NCBI GenBank assembly: GCA_977017645.1 | Contig: OZ360221.1 | Coordinates: 115,816,001-115,880,000, forward strand | DNA from: Torpedo marmorata | Taxonomy: Eukaryota | Length of the DNA stretch: 64,000 bases | Direction of reading: 5' to 3' | Shown here: piece after piece, positions 12,980 to 26,700 of the stretch | Layout: the number at the start of each line of letters is the position of its first letter | How positions within the stretch are numbered: position 1 is the stretch's first letter | Program-made: the position numbers and the translations under genes | The notes under the pieces: model-generated | Told to the model about the DNA's origin: nothing | What the model saw: only the letters and a program-made list of their open reading frames with translations | The model's database searches: none

Positions 12980-14631
12980 GACGGAGGCTCTGTGACTGTG
13001 CTTCTGATGAACGGGGAAATCGGCCTCGGGTCGAATTAAGGCTACCACACATTTCAAACTTAACCGTTACATTTCGTAGAATAAATCACAAAAACCAATG
13101 AGAAGAGCATCTTTCAAAAAAAAAGATTCACACCGCACAACAGTACATTTACTTGATCCACGCCAGCATTTTTTTTAAAAATAGCTAGCGTTGATGATGA
13201 TACAGATAGGATTCGACGTTTTCATTATTTTTTTAAATAGGTTGAATTTTAGTTATGCATTTTGGGACTTTCGTACGCTTCGGATGTCGTCGCTGATAAG
13301 TTCAAGGGAGGATCAGTATCGTACAGTATCAAAATGCTAATTCTTTTAATCTGTTATACTATTTTAAAATGTTATTCTGTCTGCATTGCTTTCTTCGGCA
13401 GTCTGGGGAAATTTCGAAGGCAACCCCGCACTTAAACTCTCAAACCAATCTCCGCGTTCTTAAAACTCATGTCACGTATATTGAAAATGCGTTTAAATCT
13501 TTCCAATTTACTTTATTACACATTACACCCGAAGCCAGAACCCCTTTTCCATTGGTATATAAACGTCGTTTTGTGACCAATTTACTTGGAAATAATGTTT
13601 TGACACAGCAGTTTGTATTGGTTCGATTAGCAAATGCTGTACATTATCTAACAAAAGGCAGCGCACTTCACAAATAGTCATCCACCTAATTAAAACACGA
13701 GCTTTGTGCCTGATACAATTTTTATGTTTGCTTCAATAAACATAATGAAGAATGCTTATAATTTAATCGCGGCTCTAGCTACGTCTTTACTTGTGCATCT
13801 AGTGAAAATTGCCCTATTTAATGGACCCAGAAACCAAATAGTCATTCCTACCACGTATACAGTCCATTTTTTTTGTTGCTCTGAAACAAGGACATCTACC
13901 GATCAATTTCACAGTGCTAAGTTTCCTTTCACAGCTTATTTAATACAAAAGTTTTCGGCAGCTTTTTTTAAAGGTTAAATTCTTATAAAGCGGGCACCTT
14001 CATTTTATTTATATATTAATGTATATCTTAATATATATTTAAGACATTTTGACCTCAAAAAAATTAAAGCGGAAGCGTTAACAGCCTCGCTTAGTTTATC
14101 CTGCGAATATCTTGATAAAAGCAAATATAATTGTTTTCTTTGTAGATAAAGAATGGGACGACCTGACTGAATACTGTGCCTTCTTAATAAGCGAAAAGTA
14201 ACAAAAATTGAGGCAAATTATGGACATATATAATACAATATTTATCATTAGCAAATGGGCATATCTACTACGTTCATTTATTTGAAAACTGTCAAATTAT
14301 ATCTACGGAGCAAACTATCCATTGAAACAATTGGAACATTATTCGTGGAGCAACCAACCCATCACATAGTAACGACTAGAGAAGCAGAAACATTCACACT
14401 TTGTATTTATAAAACAATTAATCCTACACCGTATAATTATTGTATCCTATGGAATGCGAATTATTTGAACACTTCCTCTACCAATTATACATAGACACAA
14501 GCTCAAGAAGATGAACAACGAAAACAAACAGTTATACGATTATTTTCTTCTGAACTGTTCAGCAGAATGAGCACATAATAACTCACTACCAAACAGAAAG
14601 GCCCAGGGTAACTTCCTTTGAATTTGCGCTC

Positions 14632-14928
<297 letters not shown>

Positions 14929-15092
14929 CTAACAAGTAATAATATCAAATTAGGCACAATACTAAATTTTCCGATTCGACTCAGTCCTAATTTAAACATT
15001 GTAATTAACATATGTAGCACTCTGCTAGTAAAGTTGGAACTAACTGTCTCTAAGTAAAGTTTTTATATTGTATTCTATTAAAATATACTCAC

Positions 15093-15522
15093 TAGAACTT
15101 GAATTCATTCGTTGCATCCAAGGATAAATTGGAGTACTGTACTTCCGGTCGTTTCCATCTTCACTTAAAATTTTGTTTTGCGCACAATCTGTTTTGTAAT
15201 GTTGGTCAGAGGAAAAGAAGTCATCCTGGGATCTATGCTTTCCACTACCGGATGGCGAAATACTGGCCAGATCCTTTTCAGGATAGAAACAAGAAGCTCC
15301 ATACTCATACGATGCACGATTGCAAGCTATTACTGAATTGGATTGTTGATAATAACAAGGTGACGAGTAACTCTTGTCCTGGAGGGTGGTTGCCCCATAG
15401 GAAGCTGGAAAGTGCCTTAGAGCATCATAGCCCGTTGTATAGAGTGGAATCTGTCCGAGGAATGAGTCCTGGCCACTGGGCAGTGAAACAGGGAAAGTAG
15501 GGTTCACAAAATACGAACTCAT
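15093..15522 (-). CDS. HOXA6: Homeobox protein Hox-A6, exon 1
   Basis: [28 protein letters not shown]... to [12 protein letters not shown]. Phase-1 donor A|GTGAGT at 15092. 430+260 nt gives 229 aa. Confidence 0.96.
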
Positions 15523-18500
15523 TTGCTCCACACTCTGTAGTAATATGATTTGTTATGTATTAGTACACAATGTGGTTTAGCTATTAGTAGTCATCGAGGT
15601 GGTTTGTTTCAGGATGGCCGAGCGCCAAAGCGACAGCAGCAAATATAACCAGCTGATCAGTGTCTGGCCAATAGAAAACGACTTTAGTTCAAAAAACTCC
15701 CTGGAGATGCGACGACTGAGCTAGCAAAGTTACAAACAACCAAATCAGTTCTGAACTATAACAGAGGTGGTTCTAATAGAATATTAGTGGTCCAATGAGA
15801 ACCCTATTAGCTTGCAGAATATAGTTATGCATGCATATTTCATATAGCCTAACACATGGAAATATGACTCTGCATTACGTATTCAACAATAGCTGAACAA
15901 CAGTGACTAGAAGACAGATGATAGAAAATAGAAATAGAGTAACACATTATCATTTCAGTCGGCATGCATTATATGTAGATGTACATGGAAGTTTAGATTG
16001 GTTAATAATAATATAAGGATAGATTATTTGTTTTCATTCTGTTCTCCATTTGGATTTTTCTTTTTGCAGGCACAATATCCCTTTTGGTTAGCTTGTATAC
16101 ACGAGTTGAGGAACATCAGAAATCAGTCTCTGGAATACTATTTTTATCTCCAATTTTAAATACGGCAAAGAACAACAGCGTCTGGAGATAGAAATGGTTA
16201 ACACCAATCGTGCCTGATTTCTTCTTTCAGTAAAGAGACACAGTAAAAAAAAAGAAAGAGCATAGCAATAAAAGTATATATTCAGCAAGATGATTTATAG
16301 ATTTAATTTTGATATTCTTGTAAAGAAAATCCCAACAGAAGAGCACAACGCCATATCTCATCTTTGAAAGATTTCACAGTAATTGTGTGTGGGAGTGATT
16401 GTTATTGCATCAGCGCTCTTCGTTAAAGCTTGAATGTATCTACATGTGCACATGGTTATAAACATTACAGTACTTCTTGAGATAAGTATATAACAAAACG
16501 TGCACGGAGACAATTCAAAAGACCAACCGACCTGCAAACACGCTGAAGCTCCGTTTTATACTTGACATGTCTGCATATGGGCTCCCTTCCATCAGAATGT
16601 TATTTTAATTGCACGCGATTGAAATTTGCCTATACTCCCCAAATCCCAACTTCGATTTTCCATAATTGCACGCTGTTAAGGTTTTATCGACCATAAAATA
16701 GCGTAGTGTTGCTTTTTGCAATAATTAGGCATTTTTGAGCATCTCGGTGGAGTCATTTGTGTTTTGGAATAACAGAGCACTTACTGCGCCCTGAGCGCGG
16801 CATCAGATCGCAGTGAAAGGACGGAAGCCAAGGGCTCCTTACTAAAGATCTCATTATCTCGTTAGATTTCTTTGCTTGACAACAATACTAACACGGAGTT
16901 TGAAGTATCTAGGTTGGTGTAAACAATGCATATACACAACGTATGAGCTCATGGATTTTAAATGGGGAAAATTTGTGTTGTTGTAAATATAGTTACAGAT
17001 CCTGTAACCGAACTCGAAACAAAGCAATTATAGGACAATGATTGCAAGTTACCGCGAGTGATCAACGCGGTGTTTAGTAATCGGACAATTTTACATCTTC
17101 GAATGTTAAAAAAATGTATTTTTGGGAATGATGATCTTTCCTTTATTGCAAGTTGTTAAAATACCTCGAAATATAAATTTTCTGTACTGAAACCTGCTAT
17201 CTATCTTTCTTTTCTCAGTATAGACTGGATTAAAAAACGGAATGCCTGCCGAAATCAAATTCTGTAGCTGTTGGAGGTGTGAGTATAAATACAGCAGGAG
17301 TATGGAGGGAAATGTTCAAGACCACGCTAGTTCGAATCCTCTGAATGAAAGGCCGACGCTTACTGCTTTCCTCAGTTACTATTCGGTAGCATTCTACCTT
17401 GTATTACAGTTCCTCGTGCGTGCCTTCTCTTCCAATTGTACATAAGATTTTAATAAATTTGACATGATCTCATCCACGTTTGATCTCTTCTGTTTATGAT
17501 TTGTTTTAGATATTATATTTAGCTTTCCTTGATTCATGGCTCAAGCATGAATGCAGGATTTTGAAGGCCACCCCCTCTGCCCTTCCCCCCTCCCACTAAT
17601 ATTACTGTACTCTTAAATCGGAAAATCTTCACAACTTAGTGAAGATAAAATATGACATTATCAGATGGATAAAAGGGCAATGTGTAATCTATACCTATTA
17701 TTTTCCTATTAGATCGTACAGTTATTAACCACTTCACAATTCTGCTCGACCATGTCTCAGGAAAACTGGATAAAACAAGGCAATATAATGAAACTGTGAA
17801 CACAGAATGGGGTAAATCGCAACAGAAGACCTCAGAAAACACATTAAACAATAACAGTCTCTGCTTGTCTTCCGGATGGGAAACGACGCAAATCAATTTG
17901 ACTACCATACTGCCTTTTTCAGTTCATATTTTTTAAACTGTCATCCATCTTTTCGAAAATACAGTGCCAAATAATTTTCCTTCTACTGTAACATAACTAG
18001 ATAATAATTGGACTGGGAGAGGTTAAAATATCATCATTCCATCGTATCCTTTCCGTTGACGTGTTTACATTTCCACAAATAGCAAAACATTCGCAATGAT
18101 AATATTAAATAATGTACTGCATGCATGATGAACCCAGAAATTAATCCTCAGAATGTTCTCACCTTTGAAGTAAAATAACGCCAGTCTAATTTTAAATCAA
18201 AGTTAAATTGCTGTCAAATACACTAATATGTACATTAGATTTTATTGTCTACTTAATGAGGGGGAATTTTTGGCCAAGATATTTCGTTATGGAAGTGATA
18301 ATGTTGCAGCCTAAAAATTGCAGCAGATGTAATTTCAATCATAAAGACTTAGCGCTTTTCTTGACCTATTAGATATATCTGGTGCCTTGATTTGGCGCTA
18401 ATCGTTAACTTAAGATGCAAGAATCACTCTCCTGACCAATAAATATTTTGTAATACAATAACATTTAAACACACATGAAACCACACATAGTAATCTTTTA

Positions 18501-20340
18501 AATTAACACAATGCAATCTGTGAAACTGTGAAATTCGAGCCGTGATTCAAGATGGCAACCTACCTGGCGCTTCATGTTGCTCATTGCTGTACTCATTTCT
18601 CGTTAACATGTTATGTTTAAAAAAAACATCTCGTGCAAATAAGTGCGGTAATCCGTTACTTTTCTCGAAATTACAACACGCTCTAAAAACGCAACGTATA
18701 TTGGAAGTATTTTAATGATTGCAGGCATTTGCAGCCTCTGAATATACGTATTTGTAATAAATTAGGACTTCAGAATTTTATACAAAACTTCTCTGTCCAC
18801 TGAATTCTCGGTAAATCGAAAAAGATACTTTTTATATTCAAGCTTTGGATTAATTTAACTCTTTGCTAAATTCGAATTCATTCTTCTTTCTGTCCGTACC
18901 AGTATAAAAGCTTTCATTCCCATCTCAACTACGGATTATTGTTGCAATTTAATACGATAATTTAGAGTTGCACTGATTTATATAAAACTGATATATTTTA
19001 AGTTTTCAGTAATCACAAACTCATTGTAATCTAGTTTTCTATTTCTAACCACAAGCAAGTTCGTATTAACTTTCACATTTGCCATATATTACCAAAGATC
19101 AAAAAGAGTTCAATATCTAATGTAGGATAGCTTTGCAAATGTACAATTATTCAAAATCTTCATATGTTTCTAATGATGTACCAAACATGCACTTCACAAG
19201 GGTGGGCGTTATTAGTATTTTGCCCGCAAATGAACTCTCATAGTTAAAACTGTTTAATATTTAAAACATTAATTTCGTATAAATTAGCTTCACCGAGCTC
19301 CTTAATCGAATTCAGAACATTCAGATATTATGTAAGCAAAATAATGATAACAGAACGAGTCTGCAAAACAACTTATGTAACGGTTAATTTGAGAACTGAA
19401 CTCGGCCATTTATTCAGCAACAAATGCCCAGAAAGAGACGCCGTGCAGATCCAAGTGCAGGTCTATTCACACTCCAAACACAAGGTGGCAGCATTGAGTC
19501 CAAAATTGACAGCAAACATCAATATCGACACATTTTCACATTTTAAGTCAGACAACACTGTTTCAGTCCCAAAAAGACAACCACCGCGTTAAGATCCAAC
19601 AACAATAGACACGCTTGTCTGCTCACACCCGAAGAATGTCTTTGATTTTTTTCCCCATTCAGCAGAGAAATAAAACCTAAATAATTACGGCATCTCCAAT
19701 TTAGCGCTAGCGCAGAACGCTCAATAGATTGCTATCAGATTATTTCCAAATAATATAAATATTTTTTTTAAATATAGCATCTTACGTTAAAATTATGCAC
19801 GGTTAAAACAAATAATCAATTAATCGGTTCGAGAAAACCGTTGCCGTGGCTGCAACCGGCACCTAATGGAATTTAAACTTGTGATTTATTTTTCTCACCC
19901 CATAAAATGTGCAAAAGCCTTTGTTAAACGGACACAGAATTCCAACTATATGGTATCTTATAAAATATCGATCAAACAACGTGGCATATTTGTTAATATT
20001 GTTTTTTTTCTAAAATAATTTGAGCCAATAACTCGGCTGTCGATCAGATCAACCACAGCGTATCGCGTCAATAATATTGTTCATACCCTTTAAAAAAACA
20101 AGCATGTTTCACAATTCCAAAGCATAAAAAGCCAGTACAACGCACAAATTGTTTTTAGAAAGTGTACATCCAATGTGGCATTTCGAATAAGATATTCCAA
20201 TGGTTGTTCTCTCTTTTGCGCCATGTGCTTTAACTTTGATAAATAAAAAATAATAGAAAACAGGTTTCAGCGTTATGTCTTTAAAGTGTTTTTTTTTTAA
20301 ATACCGAATTGCAAAGTGACGATTGACTAGTGGGCCTTAC

Positions 20341-20664
20341 CTTGTCGCTGCATCGATCTCTCGGGCGAGCATTCCCGGGCTCTGCACAGGCCGTGCACAG
20401 GGTTTACTCAGCCCCAGTGAGAGTCCGTGTTTGTAGAGTCCGTATCAGTTTGACAGCTGTCCGTTCAGCTCCAGCCCAGGCCAATGGCTCTCGCATCCCG
20501 CCAGCGGCGTTTAGTGACGACTTGCAGGAAACTGCTCCGTGGATAGCAGCCGGCGCTTTTTAGTCCAATGCTCCACCTTCTGTGGAGGAATTCGTGGTTG
20601 CCAGCCATTAGATCTGTGCTGAAAGCTTGGATGTATTGAGACTCCATGGGCAATAATCAGTGCG
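20341..20664 (-). other. Putative non-coding/leader exon of long HoxA transcripts between HoxA7 and HoxA6
   Basis: GC/CpG-rich 324-nt block. Bounded by a strong acceptor (ttttgttcttttttccccctcccAG|) and a consensus donor (CAAG|GTAAGG). All three frames contain stops. Confidence 0.55.
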
Positions 20665-20769
20665 CTGGGAGGGGGAAAAAAGAACAAAATATGCGTCGAA
20701 TAAAATCCTCCAAGCTCTCACATCCGAACCAAGACGCGTTTAGCACAAGAATGCAGTCTATAGTCGCAA

Positions 20770-20911
20770 GGGAAATTATAAAAAGTTCATGTTCACGGTT
20801 ACTCTCCACATGACTTTCAGCGGCCAATGGAAAAACCGAACAACTCGTAAAGTTCTATTGCAAAGTTGTAAATTTTCATAAAACAACAACGGATTTATGA
20901 CATTTCCCCAT
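20770..20911. promoter_or_regulatory. H8/7-6 four-cluster conserved sequence (FCS) / distal shared promoter region
   Basis: Minus strand ATGGGGAAATGTCATAAATCCGTTGTTGTTTTATGAAAATTTACAACTTTGCAATAGAACTTTACGAGTTGTTCGG, recognised as the paralogous element between Hox8/7 and Hox6. Contains Cdx/Hox sites TTTATG and TTTACG, with CCAAT at 20824. Confidence 0.75.
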
Positions 20912-21649
20912 GACTATTAGGAGGCAGGTCCAAGACGCCATTTTTAACAAAGAGACAAGTTAAAATTGCGAAATTATAAAAGATTTTTTCCCACAGTTTA
21001 ATTTTTTTTTCAGTTTCTGAAAACAACTCATCATGTAATAATATCTATTCATAATTTCTAGGTTTTTAAAAAATAGGTCTGTGGTGTTTTTCCGCAGTGC
21101 GTTATTAAAGCGCATAAAGTCGGTGAACGTTTAATCGCAGCTTTCTATCCATAATTTATTTCCAATTTTCTAATTTCCATAAGTATCCTACATTTGGAAA
21201 ATGAACACTGGCTCGCCCATAGAATGTGATTTAGCTTCAGGTTGAACTCCCGCACTGCATCCGCATCATAGAAAGGTGCACTTGTCCGAAAATTCGTTCA
21301 AAGGTCGCCGATGTCAGAGCACTCGGCTCTTTCTCCCAGTTTTTATTTATATTTTCTACTTAGTCTGAAAACGACATCGTGTCCGTTTTAAAGTTTTCCT
21401 CCAATGCACGCAAATCGAAAACTGAGCACGATTCGAAATCGAATGCTAATTGCTCAGTTGTAACTTTTACCCAGATTCCTCCCAATTCGAATGTATCCCG
21501 TCTGAATATTTTCATTCATCAAAAAATATCTGGCCAATTATAATCACAATTGTATTGTATTAACTATCGATTTTATTTTCTTTCATGGATTTGAATTAAT
21601 ATAAAGATTGTCAATCATGGCAGGCTAAAGCTATGTTTCATTTTAAAAT

Positions 21650-21751
21650 CATTTTATTGGACGATGATGGAGTACGGTGTATGTAGGATTGTCTATACAT
21701 TTTATTGGACGATGATGGAGTACGGTGTATGTCGGATTGTCTATACATTTT
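21650..21751. repeat. 48-bp tandem duplication (2 copies plus 6 bp)
   Basis: CATTTTATTGGACGATGATGGAGTACGGTGTATGT[A/C]GGATTGTCTATA at 21650-21697 and 21698-21745, with one mismatch. Confidence 0.95.
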
Positions 21752-21936
21752 CAAACAGTCTATATTTAATTTCTGTTAGTAATTACCTATCCTGTACCTT
21801 TATAACGAACCATTTAGCCACTCATTTGGTGGTAAACGTTTGGGTTAGTCAAGAAACCAAGACCATTTTATTCAAGCACCGTTTAATGATTTTGACTTTT
21901 CTTACAGTTTCCATTCAAAGTATACATGTCGTGAAC

Positions 21937-21938
<2 letters not shown>

Positions 21939-21986
<48 letters not shown>
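21939..21986. repeat. (AT)n microsatellite
   Basis: About 24 uninterrupted AT units. Confidence 0.98.
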
Positions 21987-21989
<3 letters not shown>

Positions 21990-22239
21990 AATAGATTGCA
22001 CCTTGAACTTTAAACATCGGTTATTTTTGAACAACGCATACACAGATTACAATGCAAACTTTCGATTAACAAATACTACACCGAATATGGAACAACAATA
22101 TATTCAGTTGACGATGCATTTCGGGTTTTCTATTATTACATTTGGTTATTACATTTTTTATAATTTAAACAGTACACATGTCTAAGACAACTGATACAAC
22201 ACTTAAATAACCACGATTACATCATTCAATAATACATAG

Positions 22240-22245
22240 TTTATT
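22240..22245 (-). terminator. Probable HoxA7 polyadenylation signal AATAAA
   Basis: TTTATT on plus, about 1.2 kb downstream of the stop and just beyond the last miR-196 site. Confidence 0.5.
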
Positions 22246-22392
22246 GAAATCTTTAGCAAGTATATATTTTCATGACACCCATCAAAAAGTAATAATGCAA
22301 TTTCTCCCTCCTAATACAACTACTTTGCTTTTACAGCATCGTATTTAAGCGTATGCAAAAGGATTCCATTCGCGTTAAACGTAAACGGCATC

Positions 22393-23414
22393 TAGGTAGT
22401 ATTCACTATTTTCCTGTAATAAAGTGACTACATACGCACCTCATTTAAATACACACATCGGAATATATTTCACTAATTTACTGTCATATTATTGTACTGT
22501 TATAAGAAAGGCGAAAAGTCAAGACTCCAGAATAACATTCTCTGTCTAGAAACAAATTTTAAATTAAAACATTTAGGTAGTTTCTATAAACGTGCAAGGT
22601 GACCACAATTGTGGTTTAGGTAGTTACATTTAATTGCCAAGTGAAAACAAAACATTGTTTTGTATCCTTAGTGGAACGGTACATATATGAAATAAAGACA
22701 TATTCGGAACACAATATACAATGGAGATAAAAATGAGGAATTCAGCAGAAATTATTACTCATGATTTAGTTTTCTATCAGTTTTTCTATTGCATTATAAG
22801 GTGGCTGGAATACTTTCTTTCTGATTGGATTGGAAATGAGCTCCTAAAATCACAATGTTCTTATTTTGTGAATAGTAGGAAGAAATGTTTAAATCCGTTT
22901 AGAATGTGAAATAATAAAGATAAAACCAGTTTGATAAATGGCTCAGTGCATGAGATATATCTTATATCACATAGTCGTAAGTGAGTTAAATACAACAATG
23001 GCTACAGTTTGTTTTCATTCGGCTCATATTGTTCCTCGTGCTTCACTATCAGAGACCCAGAGTCGGAACCCCATTCCCTTATTGACGTGCAGTGCAGACG
23101 TTTGGAATTGTACTCTCTTCAATGTTTTTATTGCAATAAGAGATTTTCAAATTAGCTCGGGAAATATATATTTAACCACCGGGAAAAAGTCTAAAACTAT
23201 TGGCTTTCACTTTCATATTGAAAGAACTTATTCTAAACCCAATTCCTACAATGATTTTTACCAATGCCGACAAAGATTTGGGATTTTTTTATTAAAACCA
23301 AATCAGACAATGTAAGATTATTATTTATTTCAGAAGATTATTGAAACATATAGGTAGTATAATGAGTGCCACTGTACAGCATGTTTTGATAGTCCACCAC
23401 TGTGGCTAGGTAGT
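22393..23414 (-). promoter_or_regulatory. Five miR-196 8mer target sites in the HoxA7 3' UTR
   Basis: ACTACCTA on minus (TAGGTAGT on plus) at 22393, 22574, 22617, 23351 and 23407. Confidence 0.85.
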
Positions 23415-23462
23415 CAAATGTCACAGTTGGCTGTTGGAAAACTGCTTATTAATTCGCACAGT

Positions 23463-23762
<300 letters not shown>

Positions 23763-24473
23763 TTAGTAAACATATATAATCTGGCCAATCCGTTGGACTC
23801 TCCAATTTTCGCTCGTTTGCTTCACAATTCATTACATTGGACTAAACATCGTTTTTAAGTAGCATTGAGCTGCCTTAAAATGTAAATGAACTCTCTTGAT
23901 CGAAGCGTTTTCTTCTTCCAGCTATGTATTTAAAGAGCAAGAATATTTCACAAGGTTCATTGGCGGCCTCTATGGTCTTTCATTATTATTTTTAACTATT
24001 GCTGTCCTTTATCTCCAGTGAAATAACAACAGGGTTCTTTACATTTCACTCAAGATAAAGGCTACTAAGGCTAATAGACCAGACGCAGAAATGACAGGTA
24101 AATTAAGTCATAAACTTCCATTTAAGATTCTTCAAGTGTGTTAGCTTGTTCAACACCAACAGAATCAGACAAATCTGCTTTTCTGGGCAGAACACTTGCA
24201 TAATAGTACTAAAATTGTGCGAACCCACGCCTGTAAGAGTTGAAGCTTTTATAGGGGTCAAAGCATCGTTCTTTAAGGTAAAATATAATTTCTTCAGTCT
24301 CTCGGCAGATTTTTATCCGCAAATTTACATTAGACATGGAATATAATATTCCAATCACTCAATAACATAGTTTCTCGCGTATCAGTTAAAAAAGCTTATT
24401 TGATGTTCACAGAAGTGAGTAAATAAGCAATATGTGGCTTGCAGTTAACTTTAAATGAGCGGATGTCGAGTTC

Positions 24474-24522
24474 TTTTACGAGGTTTGTACTGATTAATTG
24501 TGCAATAAAAGTTTTATGATTG
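24474..24522. promoter_or_regulatory. HB1-like homeodomain/Cdx binding-site cluster in the HoxA7 intron
   Basis: TTTTACGA, TGATTAATTG, CAATAAAA and TTTTATGA within 50 bp, about 150 nt into the intron. An HB1 element is known in the Hoxa7 intron. Confidence 0.65.
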
Positions 24523-24667
24523 CTATCTGCATACAATGCCACATGCGTTTGAGGAACTGTTCCTTAGCTATCATTAAAACTCTTAACTACTTTCAGGATG
24601 TACTGGCACTCATCTCAACTGGCCGTTTGCACGTCTCCCGTAGCCATGTTACATTTATGTCCCATAC

Positions 24668-25061
24668 CTGCATTCCTCATCCAGGGGTAAATCCGGAAAT
24701 TGCTCTCTGCTTGAGGGTGCACGTTTGTCTGATCCAATTTTTCGCAACCCTGTTTGCTCAGATCGCTGCAAAGTACTGGAATGTTCTGGTCTAAAGCAGA
24801 GCAGCGCAGGTTGTAAGAATCTGAATTTAGGTTATAACCTGTGTTGTACATGGAAGGGCCGTGATAGATTGCACTGTTAACATTGTACAGCCCGGCCATC
24901 GGAGTTGGGAAGGCGCTCGCGCCCGCTCCATAGCTCGATCTTTGTGAGTTCGCAGCAAAGGCGCAAGAAGTTGCTTCTGTAAAGCCACTCGTGTTCTGGA
25001 AAACGGACGTCCCCGCCGTATATTTGGGAAAAAGAGCATTCACATAATACGACGAACTCAT
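24668..25061 (-). CDS. HOXA7: Homeobox protein Hox-A7, exon 1
   Basis: MSSSYYVNALFPKYTAGTSVFQN... to FRIYPWMRNA. Phase-1 donor G|GTATGG at 24667. 394+236 nt gives 209 aa. Confidence 0.97.
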
Positions 25062-25094
25062 AATTTTGTCTGGTGATTTGTTGGCCGAGACTCT

Positions 25095-25230
25095 TCAGTG
25101 TCGGTTTTACGAGATAGCGTGATATATGGCAGCATTACACCCCCGATTTACACCAAACACCCATTTTCCTTCGGCCCGACTTATTTCTATTCACGTGACC
25201 TGACCATGTGATCCCGTCACCCAATAGCAT
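25095..25230 (-). promoter_or_regulatory. HoxA7 proximal promoter / conserved 5' leader
   Basis: CTCGTAAAACCGACAC (Hox7 leader motif), GCCATATATCA, E-box TCACGTGA at 25192 and CCAAT at about 25221. Confidence 0.65.
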
Positions 25231-26439
25231 TTCACATCACAGGTGGTAAATATCATGTTATTCGACTATTTTCAAAATAAATTATGCAAGAATCATACAG
25301 AAGATTACATTATTAATATGGATAGCTTGCGGAACTTTCAAAAAGTAAGGATATTCTAATAAGATCTTGACAATCCAATCCCCCGCACATATGTGAAGAT
25401 TTTCAGGGCGCAGGTATGTCTCCAACGCTTTTGAAAATGAGATGCCCGATAAATTTGGAAATGCAATGTAAGATTTTCTTTCATACAAATAAAACGGAGA
25501 TACGTCGGTAGAGATAATCATTATTCATGCATAGAAGGAAATCTGTGGTCATGTTAGATCAACATTAAGAGACGTTTTCTCCACTTCCCTTGTAAAAAAT
25601 TATTAAATGGTTTCAATTATAAGACAAGCGCCCTTCCATTGTTCCCCATGCTCCCTGTTGTAAGAGTTTGCTGTTTTCACAGCATTATGAAATCTTGTAC
25701 GAAATTGGGGAGAGGTGGGATAAGGGAGAGATCCGGGGCCTGTGCTACTGCCACTCTATTGAATTAATGTTTCAAATAATCTAATCTCTAGATTACAGAG
25801 TAATCTGCGCGGTTTCTCGCGAAGACGAGAAATGCAAAATGGTATAAATTGCAGTAACGCTGCAAGGAGATTGGGCGGGGCATCAGCTCCTGCTATGAAC
25901 TCTCGATCTTTTTATGGATTAAAAGATGTTTTCATATTGATTTACTGAAATGCATAATTTCATTTTGTAAACTACCGGTTTCCTCTGCTGTTTCAATGCC
26001 ACAGCCATTCTCAGGCCACCTCTTGGAGTTGCTAAGTAATCTGACTAAATCCCCGCAGGGGATTTAACCCGGCATCATTTCCTCCTTCTGCTTTACAACT
26101 TTTTTTTCTGACTCTTAATTCTCTCGCCAGATCATGGAAGGTCTCTCCGAAACCAGTTTTCTTGCAATTCCGACGGTTTACTCTACTTTGGCATTGATTA
26201 CTTTTTAGCCGAACAGTTGCCTTAATGCAAAAGATTAATAGTCACATTTGTTCGATGCTATTCGTAAACAAGGACCCCGGGCCACTGTATTTACGGCAGA
26301 TACCCAGTCTTACAACGATGCACCTGGTACGTTGAGTAAAATAAAATATGTTTCTGCATTTACGTTCTGGGATCCTTTAGGAAGCATTGTCTCTCATATT
26401 ATTAAATGCTATTTTCTTTGAACTCTGGGTCTCTTTGGC

Positions 26440-26700
26440 CCGTCGCAGCGCCACTTCTACCAGTAAAGCGTTCCACCAGTGAGGATGTTTTATCGGGACT
26501 GCATTCGCCCTTCGCTCATTAAAGAAGGTTTTTTTTGGTTGATATTTCCCCAGCCTATTAAACTGTCCGTTATCTCCCCGTTTCCTGAACACCCCTGAAA
26601 CGAAACGGCATGCTAATATAAATATCGCAGGAAACGCATGAGAGGTGGGCTTTGTATTATAAACTTTTCCTACGTCACAAATAACTTGAAATAAATCCGA
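26440..26700. promoter_or_regulatory. Candidate HoxA7 upstream (anterior-boundary) enhancer
   Basis: Locally CpG-rich block 1.4-1.6 kb upstream of the ATG with CAGTAAA, TTTTAT, AATATAAA and TTATAAA Cdx/Hox-type sites. The distance matches the mammalian Hoxa7 enhancer (recalled). Confidence 0.4.

Noticed and set aside
12528-13052. Long ORFs spanning N runs (also at 34782, 45241-45949 and 54782)
   Set aside because: Artefacts of assembly gaps translated as X.
21664-21990. 108-aa ORF with repeated MMEYGVCRIVYTF and (YI)n
   Set aside because: Produced by the 48-bp duplication and the AT microsatellite. Not a CRISPR array either: the copies are adjacent with no spacers, in a eukaryotic context.
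26046-26066. Short hairpins TAAATCCCC-GCA-GGGGATTTA and GTGGGGG-AAA-CCCCCAC (45195-45211)
   Set aside because: Stems of 7-9 bp are expected by chance in 64 kb, and there is no supporting context.
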